Source: Halanaerobiales bacterium
GTDB taxonomy: Bacteria; Bacillota; Halanaerobiia; Halanaerobiales; DTU029
Reading direction: 5' to 3'
Assembly: GCA_022360715.1 (NCBI GenBank)
Contig: JAKSCG010000237.1
Span: 34,232-98,231, forward strand
Length of the DNA stretch: 64,000 bases
Shown: positions 1 through 9,578 of the stretch, one piece after another
How the letters are laid out: each line of letters begins with the position of its first letter
Numbering within the stretch: position 1 is the first letter of the stretch
Notes under the pieces: generated by a model
Databases searched by the model: none
Told to the model about the DNA's origin: nothing
The model's input: only the letters and a program-made list of their open reading frames with translations
Program-made: the position numbers and the translations under genes

Positions 1-567
1 CCGCACGTCGCCAAAAACCCACTGGATAAAATCAACCTCGTGGATTAAGAGATCTACCACCAGGGAACTGGATGCTTGCTCATCAGCATACCAATCATTC
101 CATCCCCGGGGATACCCCCCACCCCCGCGAAAACCATTAATTACTCCGGCCTCACCGATTAAACCTTCCTGATATCTTTGGCGCAGGGCCCTATATTCGG
201 GATAAAAGCGGAGAACCATCCCAATACCGAGTTTAACCCCGTTTTCACGGCAGACCGACAGCATATTCCAGGCTGCTTCTTCATTGAGGGCAATCGGTTT
301 CTCACAAAAAACATGTTTCCCGGCCCGGGCCGCTTTAATTGTATATTCCTGATGCAAATAGGTAGGGAGACAAATATCAATGATATCAAAATCAGCAGCG
401 AGTACTTGCTGATAATCCCCGGTCGAATCGATCCGGTATAACCGGCTAATCTCTTCTCTTTTTTGCTGATCGAGCTCGCAAAGTACTACCTCTATCTTTT
501 CCATCTTTTGATAGCAGTTAAGATGAACCTTACCCATCGTTCCTGCCCCAATCACCGCCACCTTCAT
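1..567 (-). CDS. Gfo/Idh/MocA-family NAD(P)-dependent oxidoreductase (3' end runs off the window)
   Basis: Not in the ORF track because there is no stop in the window. My translation of the minus strand from the ATG at 567..565 gives MKVAVIGAGTMGKVHLNCYQKMEKIEVV...GKHVFCEKPIALNEEAAWNML.... It has a GxGxxG Rossmann N-terminus and the EKP motif of this family. GGAGGA lies 6 nt upstream of the ATG. The frame stays open for all 189 codons down to position 1. Track ORFs 159..389(-) and 178..441(+) lie inside it in other frames. Confidence 0.8.
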   Translation of the reverse strand, partial: MKVAVIGAGTMGKVHLNCYQKMEKIEVVLCELDQQKREEISRLYRIDSTGDYQQVLAADFDIIDICLPTYLHQEYTIKAARAGKHVFCEKPIALNEEAAWNMLSVCRENGVKLGIGMVLRFYPEYRALRQRYQEGLIGEAGVINGFRGGGGYPRGWNDWYADEQASSSLVVDLLIHEVDFIQWVFGDVR

Positions 568-630
568 TGCTAATCCTCCTTCACAATCTATTAGAATTAT
601 AACACAGAATAAAGAAAAGTTAAAAATTAC

Positions 631-667
631 TTTTATTTTAAAAAGGGGAGAGGGAAACCTCTCCCCC
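631..667 (-). terminator. Rho-independent terminator closing the long phosphoesterase/ABC operon
   Basis: The minus strand reads GGGGAGAGG-uuuc-CCUCUCCCC followed by UUUUUAAAAUAAAA. The arms are at 645..653 and 658..666, about 12 nt after the stop of the 678..1763 CDS. Confidence 0.65.
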
Positions 668-677
668 CGATAAATAT

Positions 678-1763
678 CTATTTAAGATATTTACTATAGG
701 CTATATCTCTACCATTATCACTAACTGTTAGAAACATTACCTCTCCGTTCGTCCAGAATATCCCTTCATCATTAAGCGAATTTATACTGTTATTTAACCT
801 TTTCCATTCAGCATCCTCACTATCAGCCACAAATATATCTAAATTACCGTCTCGATCCGAAAGCAGATAGAACTTTCCTTCATCCTCTTCAAAGAAAACT
901 GCTCTTTCCGCCCCGTCTGAACAAAGACCGTCAACCTTACCGTCTTTAACCCAATTTTCTCCTTCTTTATGGGCTTTATATACTTCATAGTTATTAGCAC
1001 TATCTCTGGAAATGTAGTAAGCTAAAGTTTCGGTCCGATTAATCCAGAGATGCCAGTTAACCCCACCATCCACACTAAGACCCGGCACTTTTTTAACATC
1101 GGTCCATTGACTGCCGTCCCAGCTTGCCCGATAAATATCATAAGGCCAACCACCACCGCCAAAATACAGATGGTTCCCCCGTTTCACCGGACTTATACAA
1201 TTACTATAATCATTTACCTCGCCAGGCACCTCTTGCGGTATACTCCACTCATCCGTGGTTTCATTATAGGTTGTATAGTAAATGAGATAACCCTGATGGA
1301 CATAATAAAGGGTATTGGTCTCTTCATCATACCAAGGCATTCTTGCCATTTCATCTGAATTAAAGGGCAGTGAAACCGGAGCACTCCATCCCCCCATCAC
1401 AATATGGTATATTGCCGGTACTTGATCCAGGATTATTTCAAATTCATTATACAAAGTCCCGTATTGGTCTGATTGATGTTCAACCTTCAAGTTGGTCACC
1501 GTTCCAGCCCAAAGATCACTGGTCATATATACCCCATTTTGGTCAACCTGAATTATCTGCGGTTCTGCTAATCTGTGTTGTTCTACTATTACTGTAGTAT
1601 CCATCGTCGCAGAGCCTGCTAACGGCTCATCCCGAAAATACACCTGTCCGCTTAATGTGCCCTTTACGTCCTCCTGCTTTTTGATCGTTGAACACCCGGC
1701 CAGTAATCCGACCAACAGCAGACAGACTACAGCCAGTTTTAACAATTTATTTAGTTTATCCAT
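678..1763 (-). CDS. Lipoprotein with TolB/PD40-like beta-propeller domain (paralog 3)
   Basis: Track ORF is 678..1769. I prefer the second ATG (1763) because AGGAGG is 7 nt upstream of it and only 1 nt from the first ATG. A lipobox LLAG|C follows a hydrophobic h-region. The C-terminal two thirds share PWYDEETNTLYYV, SPVKRGNHLYF and DRDGNLDIFV blade-like motifs with the two upstream paralogs. Confidence 0.7.
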   Translation of the reverse strand: MDKLNKLLKLAVVCLLLVGLLAGCSTIKKQEDVKGTLSGQVYFRDEPLAGSATMDTTVIVEQHRLAEPQIIQVDQNGVYMTSDLWAGTVTNLKVEHQSDQYGTLYNEFEIILDQVPAIYHIVMGGWSAPVSLPFNSDEMARMPWYDEETNTLYYVHQGYLIYYTTYNETTDEWSIPQEVPGEVNDYSNCISPVKRGNHLYFGGGGWPYDIYRASWDGSQWTDVKKVPGLSVDGGVNWHLWINRTETLAYYISRDSANNYEVYKAHKEGENWVKDGKVDGLCSDGAERAVFFEEDEGKFYLLSDRDGNLDIFVADSEDAEWKRLNNSINSLNDEGIFWTNGEVMFLTVSDNGRDIAYSKYLK

Positions 1764-1798
1764 GCTCATCCCTCCTTATAAAGAACGGTTTTCTCTCC

Positions 1799-4039
1799 TT
1801 AAAACTGATAACTGGCACTAACTTCAATGAAGTTGTCATAATCATATTGATCATAATCGTCCTCAGCATCAATCGGGTCATTAGGGCTGGTATACCTGAT
1901 TATACAGCTTACACCGTTTGGTAATTCATAACTGGCTCCGACCCCATAGCTATTTTTATATTCCTCGCTTTTAACGGTTTCAACTTCGGTCCAGAGTTCG
2001 GCCCCCCGGAAAAGACCCCGGTTGAGTTTGGTACTTAACTTAAGGTTGCCGGTAATCTCTTCCTGCTCCGGATCATTTTCCAGGGCCAGCTGGAGAGTAG
2101 CATACTGGTTTTGCTGGAGCGGGAAATTGTGGCCGAGAGTAAAGCCATAGCTATAGGCTTGCTCCTCTTCTTCCGGTCGCTCTACTCCCACCCGGGCGGT
2201 CAGATCAACAGCACGGAAACTGGTCTCACCATGTAAGGTGACAGTGGCTGTCCCCTTTTGCTCCATTGTATAGTAATCAAGGTCGAGCGCCATTCCCAGA
2301 TCAGCACCGGCTAATACCTCGGGGAAAACGGTTGCTAACTTGACATTACCACCCCTTTGTCCAATATAGTCTTCAATATCGGAGTCATCTTTATAATCAA
2401 CATAGGGGTATTCATAGCCCGGGCTAAACTCCCTTAGACCTACCTCCAGGTCAAGCTCGGCAGACAAGGGATAGAAAAAGCCGACTTTAGCAATATGCTC
2501 ATGTTTGATCTCCTCGACCAGTTCACCGCTGGCATCCCGGTCAGCGGTAGTTTGATAAATCACTAAACCGCTAATATTAACCGGTTCAAGGGAGTATTTC
2601 CCTTCCAGACCATAGGAGTGCTGAGCATATCTGGAGGGGAAAACATATGATTTCTCCCCGGCACTATTTTCAATTACTTCATGGTTGATTCTACCGAGGT
2701 AATACCCGGTAAGCTCACCTTTTTCCAGCCCGGTTTTAGCCCGGGCGGCATAAAGGAGACCAAATTGCGGATCTACGGCAGACGGGCGATACATATAGGC
2801 TGCGTCTATCTCCACCCCGCTAATATCCAGATTTGATAAGTGAACACCCGGCCTGGAACCATCATTAATAATATAATCATGGTAATCAAGACTGATCTTA
2901 TTACCTACCCGCAAATTAACCGGTTTACCCCCGCTATAGAAGGGTCCCTGGGCTTCCAGATAAAATTCTTCTAAAGTAAACTTAACGGCATCATTAGCCT
3001 TACGGATAATCAGCCAGTTCGAATCCAGTAACTCTAATTCAAGATAAGCCTTGAAAATATTGGAGGCCAGGATCTCAGTCTTTAAATCCAGTTCAGTATA
3101 GGTCTCAACAAGGTTCTCCGGTGTAGCCAGGATCTTAAAACCGACCTCACCCCCATAATTAACGGCAAAACTTGCCTCTTGTTGGATTGACTTGTCCAGA
3201 TCAATCTCCGGCGAAGAGCCAGCCGCCTGGGCAATCCAGAGGTCATAACCACCGGCACCACCCGGTCGCCCCGATGAAGTCAGAAAGATAATCTCACCAT
3301 TGGTCCATAAACTACGGTCCTGACTGGTCGAATTGAGGGGCCAGCCCGGATTGCCGGCTTGACCATCTACCATATCCAGTACCCAGACATCATAACCCCC
3401 TTCTCCTCCAGGCCGGTCAGAGTCAATATACACTTGATTATTACCTTCATCCACAAAGATGCTCCACTCATTACTATCACTATTGATCTCCCCTTCCACC
3501 GGAACAGGAAGCTGCCACTGGCCATTTTCCTTAACGGCCTGCCAGATCCCTCGCCCACCGGCGACTTGCTTCCCCCCATAACTGCCGCTGGAGACAAAAT
3601 AAGCCAAGCGTTGGTCACTGCTTACCCATATTTTCCAGTCCTGACCAGGACTACTTAGCCGCTCCACCTTCTGAATATGATCCCACTCCTGTTTTTCCTC
3701 ATTCCAGACGGCCATATAAAAATCATAGTCAGTAGCCGAACTATAGCGAGAGAAATAAAGGTGATCCCCTCTCCTGACCGGTGAGAGTTCGTTGGCCGGG
3801 GTATTAACCGGTCCCGGGACCGGTTGGGGTTCAGTCCAGTACTCTCCTGTCCATTCGGTCTGGACCAGATCATAATCATCGACATAATAAAGGGTATTAG
3901 TAGGTTGATCAAACCAGGGCATCCGCTGTACCCCCGCATCATTATGCACAAATGGTTTAAAATTTTCCCACTCGGCACCGGTCGGCTGGGATAAAGAGAA
4001 CAAAATTAATAAAATCAAAGCCAAAACTAACTGTCTCAT
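1799..4039 (-). CDS. Secreted TolB/PD40-like beta-propeller fused to a C-terminal outer-membrane beta-barrel (paralog 2)
   Basis: 746 aa with a signal peptide (...LSQPTGA|EW). Residues ~25-270 are collinear with the 4089..4925 product (MPWFDQPTNTLYYV, SPVRRGDHLYF, SDRPGGEGGYDVWV, GRPGGAGGYDLWIA). Residues ~290-746 are alternating amphipathic, Gly/Tyr-rich strands ending ...EVSASYQF, a C-terminal aromatic beta-signal. AGGAGGG lies 8 nt upstream of the ATG. Confidence 0.7.
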   Translation of the reverse strand: MRQLVLALILLILFSLSQPTGAEWENFKPFVHNDAGVQRMPWFDQPTNTLYYVDDYDLVQTEWTGEYWTEPQPVPGPVNTPANELSPVRRGDHLYFSRYSSATDYDFYMAVWNEEKQEWDHIQKVERLSSPGQDWKIWVSSDQRLAYFVSSGSYGGKQVAGGRGIWQAVKENGQWQLPVPVEGEINSDSNEWSIFVDEGNNQVYIDSDRPGGEGGYDVWVLDMVDGQAGNPGWPLNSTSQDRSLWTNGEIIFLTSSGRPGGAGGYDLWIAQAAGSSPEIDLDKSIQQEASFAVNYGGEVGFKILATPENLVETYTELDLKTEILASNIFKAYLELELLDSNWLIIRKANDAVKFTLEEFYLEAQGPFYSGGKPVNLRVGNKISLDYHDYIINDGSRPGVHLSNLDISGVEIDAAYMYRPSAVDPQFGLLYAARAKTGLEKGELTGYYLGRINHEVIENSAGEKSYVFPSRYAQHSYGLEGKYSLEPVNISGLVIYQTTADRDASGELVEEIKHEHIAKVGFFYPLSAELDLEVGLREFSPGYEYPYVDYKDDSDIEDYIGQRGGNVKLATVFPEVLAGADLGMALDLDYYTMEQKGTATVTLHGETSFRAVDLTARVGVERPEEEEQAYSYGFTLGHNFPLQQNQYATLQLALENDPEQEEITGNLKLSTKLNRGLFRGAELWTEVETVKSEEYKNSYGVGASYELPNGVSCIIRYTSPNDPIDAEDDYDQYDYDNFIEVSASYQF

Positions 4040-4088
4040 TGTAAAATCCCTCCTAGTTTAGTTTAAATGGTTAATCTTGTCCGCCCAG

Positions 4089-4925
4089 TTAATCTTGATA
4101 AAAACTGACAAAGATATCATAACCGCCAATCCCGTTTTCATAATCTAAAGCACTAAAGAAGAGCACTTTACCGTCAGTCCAGAGACTTCGCTCCGATAAT
4201 TCGGTATTGATCGGTCTGCCAAGATTAACGGCTGTTTGATCTTCACCTGCTAACACCCAGATATCATAACTACCTAAAGAACCCGGTCGGTTGGAATCAA
4301 TATATATTTTTCCGGATTGCTCATCCTTAAACACACTCCATTCATTACCTTCACTATTGATCGCGCCGGTCAGGGGTCGGGGTCTCTGCCATTCCCCGTC
4401 TGACTTAACTGCCTTCCAGACCCCCCTGCCCCCCCGGACTTGCTGGTCACCAAAGGGTCCTTTGGAAATAAGATATGCTTCTGTTTCCGCAGTATTAACC
4501 CAGAGCGCCCAGTCCTGGTCTTCCCCGCTTAATTCGGTCAACCGAACCGCCTCTCCCCACGTTTCGGTCTCCTGATTCCAGGTAGTCATGTAGAAGTCAT
4601 AATCTGTTGCCGGAAAATAACTGGCAAAGTAAAGGTGATTACCCCTTTTTACCGGGTTAACCTGGTTCTGACGCGTATTTAATCCCGGGATCTCGACTTC
4701 AACCGGCTTAGTCCAGGCGGTATTGACAAAGCTGGATTGATAAATATTATAGTCCCTGATAAAATAAAGTGTTTTGGTCGGGGGATCATACCAGGGCATT
4801 CGGTCAACACTTGCCCCAGATTGTTCCCAGACCCGCGGTTCACTCCACCCCGAAGCAACAACGGCAAGACTGAAAAAAATACTGGCCAGCCCAAAAAAGA
4901 TGAGCAATAGACTAACTCTTTTCAA
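4089..4925 (-). CDS. Secreted TolB/PD40-like beta-propeller protein (paralog 1)
   Basis: 278 aa. TTG start with AAGGGGG 8 nt upstream. N-terminal signal peptide. Motifs RMPWYDPPTKTLYF, NPVKRGNHLYF, SNRPGSLGSYDIWV and GIGGYDIFV match the N-terminal half of the 746-aa neighbour. Confidence 0.7.
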   Translation of the reverse strand: MKRVSLLLIFFGLASIFFSLAVVASGWSEPRVWEQSGASVDRMPWYDPPTKTLYFIRDYNIYQSSFVNTAWTKPVEVEIPGLNTRQNQVNPVKRGNHLYFASYFPATDYDFYMTTWNQETETWGEAVRLTELSGEDQDWALWVNTAETEAYLISKGPFGDQQVRGGRGVWKAVKSDGEWQRPRPLTGAINSEGNEWSVFKDEQSGKIYIDSNRPGSLGSYDIWVLAGEDQTAVNLGRPINTELSERSLWTDGKVLFFSALDYENGIGGYDIFVSFYQD

Positions 4926-4954
4926 ACTTAAAACCCCCTTTTATTTATTGTAAA

Positions 4955-6184
4955 TTAAAAATAACTATCCCATTCGATCGGTTTTTCCTTTAACGCCCCT
5001 TTTAATACCCTTCCCTGTACACTGGCCGGGATCTCTATCCCCAGCAATTCCAGGATCGTCGGTGTAATATCAATAATTTCTGCCTCACTTTTAACTAAGC
5101 CTTCCTTGATCCCGGCTCCGGCCATAATCAGGGTTATTTGAGCCTCTTCCGGTCGACCGTGAATCCCTCCTCCCCCTCCCCCTAAGATCGAAAAACCGGG
5201 CCGGGGTACCAGAACCAAATCCCCCAATCCTTTCGGGTCAGCATTTAAGGCTTCAATTTCCCGGGCGGTCAGGAGATCAAGCCCCGGAATCCCGCTCAGT
5301 TCCTCCAACAGGGATTGATAACTCCTCTGATCAATCCTCCCTTCTCGAAAATATAAGAAGCTGGAACCGCTTTGAATAACAACAAGATCTGTCTCCGCGG
5401 TAATTTCGGCATTATTAAGCGCAATTTTAAAACCGCTACCGGCCAGCAGTTCTTTTAAATGCGGGACTGCTGCTGGTTGGGTATTTAGTGTCATCCCATG
5501 ATCTGAAGCGATAATCACTGTTGTTTGTTCCCTTAAACCGAGCTGCTCAAGATAGCTCAACATCTCACCCAGTTCAGTATCGATCTCAATTAACTTTTGT
5601 TCCATTTCTTCACTATATGGTCCATATTTATGTCCATAGCTATCTGTATCGCCTTCATAATAGACCAGGAGTTGAGGGCGGTATTGGGCGATCGCCGTTT
5701 TGAACTGAGCAACCCCCCGCTCCAGATAAACTTCTTCCCCCTTGTTTTCCAGCATAAAATGAGCGAGGACGACCGTTTTATGGCCAGCTGATTTTAATAT
5801 TTCCGAGATGACCGGTACCTTTACATCCCTTAATCCCGTTACAATCCGGTCGGCCTTCCGATCATATTTGCTGTTATTGGGGATACCGGTCCGGGCCGGA
5901 TAAGCCCCGGTAACCAGGCTGGTCTGGTTGGTTGTAGTGGTAGAGGGGAAGACCCCTGTGGCCTCTGCATAATACACCCCCATTTTAACCAGGGACTCAA
6001 TTACCGGAAGATCATACATCGCTAAATAGTCAGGCCGGAAGCCGTCAAGCATAAACAAAACTACTAATTGCGGTGATTCCCCCGCCGGCAGAGAGTCTGA
6101 CCCGGCCTTGACCGGAAAACCAAGGAACAAAAGAGGTAAAAAAACCAATAAAATCAAGTAGAATGCTATCTTCAATTTATTCAA
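4955..6184 (-). CDS. Secreted nucleotide pyrophosphatase/phosphodiesterase (NPP, alkaline-phosphatase superfamily)
   Basis: Signal peptide, then the LDGFRPDYL and ...SDHGM... metal-site motifs and a Thr-rich nucleophile segment (FPSTTTTNQTSLVTG) typical of type-I phosphodiesterase/NPP enzymes. The start is uncertain: TTG at 6184 abuts GGGAG, while an in-frame TTG at 6175 has better spacing. Confidence 0.7.
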   Translation of the reverse strand: MNKLKIAFYLILLVFLPLLFLGFPVKAGSDSLPAGESPQLVVLFMLDGFRPDYLAMYDLPVIESLVKMGVYYAEATGVFPSTTTTNQTSLVTGAYPARTGIPNNSKYDRKADRIVTGLRDVKVPVISEILKSAGHKTVVLAHFMLENKGEEVYLERGVAQFKTAIAQYRPQLLVYYEGDTDSYGHKYGPYSEEMEQKLIEIDTELGEMLSYLEQLGLREQTTVIIASDHGMTLNTQPAAVPHLKELLAGSGFKIALNNAEITAETDLVVIQSGSSFLYFREGRIDQRSYQSLLEELSGIPGLDLLTAREIEALNADPKGLGDLVLVPRPGFSILGGGGGGIHGRPEEAQITLIMAGAGIKEGLVKSEAEIIDITPTILELLGIEIPASVQGRVLKGALKEKPIEWDSYF

Positions 6185-7691
6185 CTCCCGTCTGCCCTTG
6201 CAACAGATATGCCAGGCAATTACTTAAAAGCCGTTGCACATCTTGATCATGGTAGTTTTTACCTGAAAATAGATTAGCAGCAAGATAAAGTGAATTCTCT
6301 GTCTCAATAATTGCCCCATTTTTATAGGCGGGATGGGAAGGCATCGTCCGGAAATCGTTATACCAGTCGCCCAACACCCTGCTTTCCTCAACCATACCGA
6401 CGACCATTCCCTGATTGTTTTCAATCCGGATCCAATCACTTACCCCTTGCCAGATCGGATGTTCTGCCCGTTTACATATAAACCCGTGTAAAGGGCGCAG
6501 GTTATTCCAGCCCAGATAGTTGATCCCGAGCAATTGTAAAAAACCGGTGCTGTCCCAGAACTCCGGCTTTATCCCCACCTGGTTTAAGGCCAATATCTTG
6601 CCGCCCTGTAAGAGGTAATTGCCTAGTCGATATTTTTCGGGAAGGCTGAGCTTTCGCAAGTCGGCTAAAAGCAGTAAGCTAATTCCGCTCAAATCGATCT
6701 CCCGGAAGCGCTTGTCCTCAATCACCTGATAGTTATAATCTAAATCGGTTAATAACTGGGCAGCATTGTCAATCACTTCTTGATAATTCAGCTTAAGTTT
6801 CTTCGACCATTCCTCCATTGCTCCGCTAACTACTATCCCTACATCAAGCTGAGGTGAGTGATCAAGTGGTAATACGATCCTGGCAATAACCGGCAAATGA
6901 TCGGAGCCGTCACTCTGGATAACCCGGAAGGAATCCCTCGCTCCGCTCAGCATGAGCTCTTCCGATAGAAAAATATAGTCAATGCGGGACTGGGGATTGG
7001 TAGTAGGGAAGGTAAGATGACCATCAATTAGCTGCTGATAGCTTAAATGATCGTAATCAGCCATCAGGCGGGCTAAATTAAGGGCATCATTATACTCCCG
7101 GGTCATTAACATAATCGGCGTAGTTACCGCATGGTCGTTAAAATCCCCGACAATAATTAACGGTTTTTTTATTTTAGCGGTATGTTCAAGAATATCCCTA
7201 ACCTGTTTTACCCTCAGTTTATTGCTGTTATGGGTCAGATGAGTTGAAGCAAAATACAATTGATGCTCCCCGACCTCGATCTCCGCTAATAAAAAACCCC
7301 TTTGTTCGTAAAAAGCCTGTTTACTTAATTTAATATTTTGGGCATACCTAATCGGATATTTACTTAAAATGGCATTACCGTACTCTCCTCCGCGGGCGGA
7401 CAGATTTGGTCCATAGACATAGTTCATGCCCAGTCTTTCCGCAATATATTTGGCGGAATCGATCCCGCCAACCCGGGTAGTTTCCCGATCTACTTCCTGC
7501 AGACCAACAAGATCAGCCCCACTAGCTCTGATAATCCTGGCAATTCGATCCAGATCGACCTTAAAATCGGTCCCTAGTCCACTCTTAATGTTATAGGTCA
7601 TTACCGTCAGTTCTCTTCCTTCGGCCAGCGCGATACCGGTTATTAACAACAGGGTGACAAATAGCAGTATGTAAAGATAACTCCTCGGCAT
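6177..7691 (-). CDS. Secreted endonuclease/exonuclease/phosphatase (EEP) domain fused to an uncharacterised ~220-aa C-terminal domain
   Basis: Signal peptide (...GIALA|EG). EEP motifs: MTYNIKSG, LVGLQEVD, VGDFND, SDHLPVIARI in the first ~280 aa. The remaining ~220 aa (LDVGIVVSG...LLLLADL...GGKILALN...) has no motif I can name and may be a flavodoxin- or GATase1-like fold. Confidence 0.65.
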   Translation of the reverse strand: MPRSYLYILLFVTLLLITGIALAEGRELTVMTYNIKSGLGTDFKVDLDRIARIIRASGADLVGLQEVDRETTRVGGIDSAKYIAERLGMNYVYGPNLSARGGEYGNAILSKYPIRYAQNIKLSKQAFYEQRGFLLAEIEVGEHQLYFASTHLTHNSNKLRVKQVRDILEHTAKIKKPLIIVGDFNDHAVTTPIMLMTREYNDALNLARLMADYDHLSYQQLIDGHLTFPTTNPQSRIDYIFLSEELMLSGARDSFRVIQSDGSDHLPVIARIVLPLDHSPQLDVGIVVSGAMEEWSKKLKLNYQEVIDNAAQLLTDLDYNYQVIEDKRFREIDLSGISLLLLADLRKLSLPEKYRLGNYLLQGGKILALNQVGIKPEFWDSTGFLQLLGINYLGWNNLRPLHGFICKRAEHPIWQGVSDWIRIENNQGMVVGMVEESRVLGDWYNDFRTMPSHPAYKNGAIIETENSLYLAANLFSGKNYHDQDVQRLLSNCLAYLLQGQTGVE

Positions 7692-7721
7692 CTTCTTGTA
7701 TCTCCCCCTTTCCTGATCTTT

Positions 7722-8849
7722 TTACCGATAAAGCTGTGGAAACTCGCTTATCCCTAACTGTTCAGCCATTAGCCGGGAAAGAATGCTGAGATGACGGGTA
7801 CCGGTAAAATTGATCGCCCCCGGGCCAAAAGCATAAACCGGGACCATGCTCCCCGAATGTCCCCCGGTGCTCCAACCGATCTTTAAATTCTGGCCATCCA
7901 AAAGTCCGCCATTCAGGGAAAAACCCCCGGTCTGATGATCAGCCGTGACTATTACCAGGGTATCACCACTTTTTTCGGCATAATCCAGCACAATCCCCAC
8001 CGCCTGATCAAACTCCACTGTCTCTTTGATCGTTTTATCCGGATCATTTTGATGACTGGCATCATCAATCCTTCCCCCTTCGATCAACAGAAAAAAGCCT
8101 TGCTCATTTGCTAAAAAACGAAGGGCTTGGACCGTCATTTCCGCCAAACCGGGTTCAAAAACAAAGCGTTCATCATAATAGTTCAGATCACCAAAATTGA
8201 ATAACCCCAGAACGCGCTCAGCTGTAGCTAGATTTTTTAGCCCGGCAGTAGTATCAATAAAGGTATAGCCCTTTTTCTCAGCTTCTTTAATCAGACTGTC
8301 GGGTTTCGGTTGGCGGGTAAAGAGGTCGGCACCAAAAGTATCGAGACCCCCGCCCAGCAGCAGATCAATATCTTTATTCAGCAAATCGGCGGCAATCTCT
8401 GCTTTATTTTGTCGGGAAATATTGTTAGCCCCAAAAGCGGCTGGGGTAGCATCAGTCAGATTGGTCGTGGTAACTATCCCCACCTTTTTACCCAGCTCTC
8501 CGGCCAGGATTAAAATACTCTTCAACTTCTCCCGGTTAGGGGAAATAGCGATAAAGCCATTATTGGTTTTATATCCGGTGGCCAGTGCGGTGCCGGCTGC
8601 TCCGGAATCGGTAATCAAATTGTTGGCGGAATGAGTCAGGGCAAAACCGGTATATTTGATCCGGTCAACGTTAATGCTCCCATCAGCCCCCTGGCTGGCT
8701 ACCCGGGCTGCCGTAACCTGCTGTATCCCCATTCCATCGCCAATCATTAGTACTAAATTTTTGACTCCTTGCCCCTGACCAAAAACTGTCAATGTAGTGA
8801 TCACCAGGAAGATGAGCACTAATAATCCTGCTGGCAAGCCTCTTTTCAT
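7722..8849 (-). CDS. Secreted alkaline phosphatase (PhoA family)
   Basis: Signal peptide. Motifs GDGMGIQQV, TDSGAAGTALATG (Ser nucleophile context), DDASH, ADHQTGG and GGHSGSMVPVYAFGPG are the PhoA-type metal and nucleophile motifs. GGGGAGGGG lies 6 nt upstream of the ATG. Confidence 0.85.
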   Translation of the reverse strand: MKRGLPAGLLVLIFLVITTLTVFGQGQGVKNLVLMIGDGMGIQQVTAARVASQGADGSINVDRIKYTGFALTHSANNLITDSGAAGTALATGYKTNNGFIAISPNREKLKSILILAGELGKKVGIVTTTNLTDATPAAFGANNISRQNKAEIAADLLNKDIDLLLGGGLDTFGADLFTRQPKPDSLIKEAEKKGYTFIDTTAGLKNLATAERVLGLFNFGDLNYYDERFVFEPGLAEMTVQALRFLANEQGFFLLIEGGRIDDASHQNDPDKTIKETVEFDQAVGIVLDYAEKSGDTLVIVTADHQTGGFSLNGGLLDGQNLKIGWSTGGHSGSMVPVYAFGPGAINFTGTRHLSILSRLMAEQLGISEFPQLYR

Positions 8850-9578
8850 TTAATTCCCCTCCCCGGTATATACTTCAGCAATCAGCGGTCGGTGATCGGA
8901 GTAATTACAAGCAATCACCGCAAAGTTGTCGACCCCGATCTCCCGACTAGAAAAGATGTAATCAATTCGGACATTAGGCAACTTACTCCGATCGGCAAAA
9001 GTCATCCCCTCTTCTGTCGATAAATTATTTTTTTCGCTGAATTGAAGAAAGAGGTCTTCCATTCCGGCGGCAAGGACCTTACCGATCTCAGCCCGCTCCG
9101 GGGTAGCATTGAAATCACCGACCAATATTGCTTTTTCCCCGGGTTTAATCAGCCGTAATAACTCCTCAACCTGTTTGAGCCGTTCTTCTGCCACCAATCC
9201 CAGATGAGTATTAATCAACTTAAATCTCTCCATACCCTTCTCCACTACCGCGACCACAGCTCCGCGGGGTTCACGGCTACTGGTCAGTTGCCGGTTATAA
9301 CTACTGGTGATCGGCCAGCGGCTGAGCACTCCATTCCCATATTTAGCTACAGCTAGCTTTAAATTGGGATAAAAGCAATAATTATAACCGGTTATTTCAG
9401 CTAATCGGCCCATCTGGTCAGTAAAATAGCTCCGCGGCATATATTGGTCAACCTCTTGCAGTCCGATCAAATCAACCTGCCGGCTGAGGATCAGCTCAGC
9501 GATTCTCTTTAAATCGATCTTCCCGTCCAGCCCTTTCCCGTGGCGGATATTATAACTCATTACCTTTAATCTGCCCAT
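8850..9578 (-). CDS. Cytoplasmic EEP-family metal-dependent hydrolase
   Basis: 242 aa with no signal peptide. Motifs SYNIRHG, LIGLQEVD, VGDFNA, SDHRPLIAEV. Its start overlaps the upstream stop (TAATG). Confidence 0.75.
   Translation of the reverse strand: MGRLKVMSYNIRHGKGLDGKIDLKRIAELILSRQVDLIGLQEVDQYMPRSYFTDQMGRLAEITGYNYCFYPNLKLAVAKYGNGVLSRWPITSSYNRQLTSSREPRGAVVAVVEKGMERFKLINTHLGLVAEERLKQVEELLRLIKPGEKAILVGDFNATPERAEIGKVLAAGMEDLFLQFSEKNNLSTEEGMTFADRSKLPNVRIDYIFSSREIGVDNFAVIACNYSDHRPLIAEVYTGEGN

Noticed and set aside
159-441. Track ORFs 159..389(-) and 178..441(+).
   Set aside because: Both lie inside the open minus-strand frame 1..567. That frame has a clear Gfo/Idh/MocA N-terminus, an SD and an ATG. 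These two are alternative-frame artefacts.
1050-4894. Numerous 60-117-aa ORFs antisense to or out of frame with the propeller/OMP genes (e.g. 1050..1358, 3359..3658, 3655..3978, 4291..4575).
   Set aside because: All are nested in long ORFs with clear domain content. None has a convincing SD or a recognisable motif.
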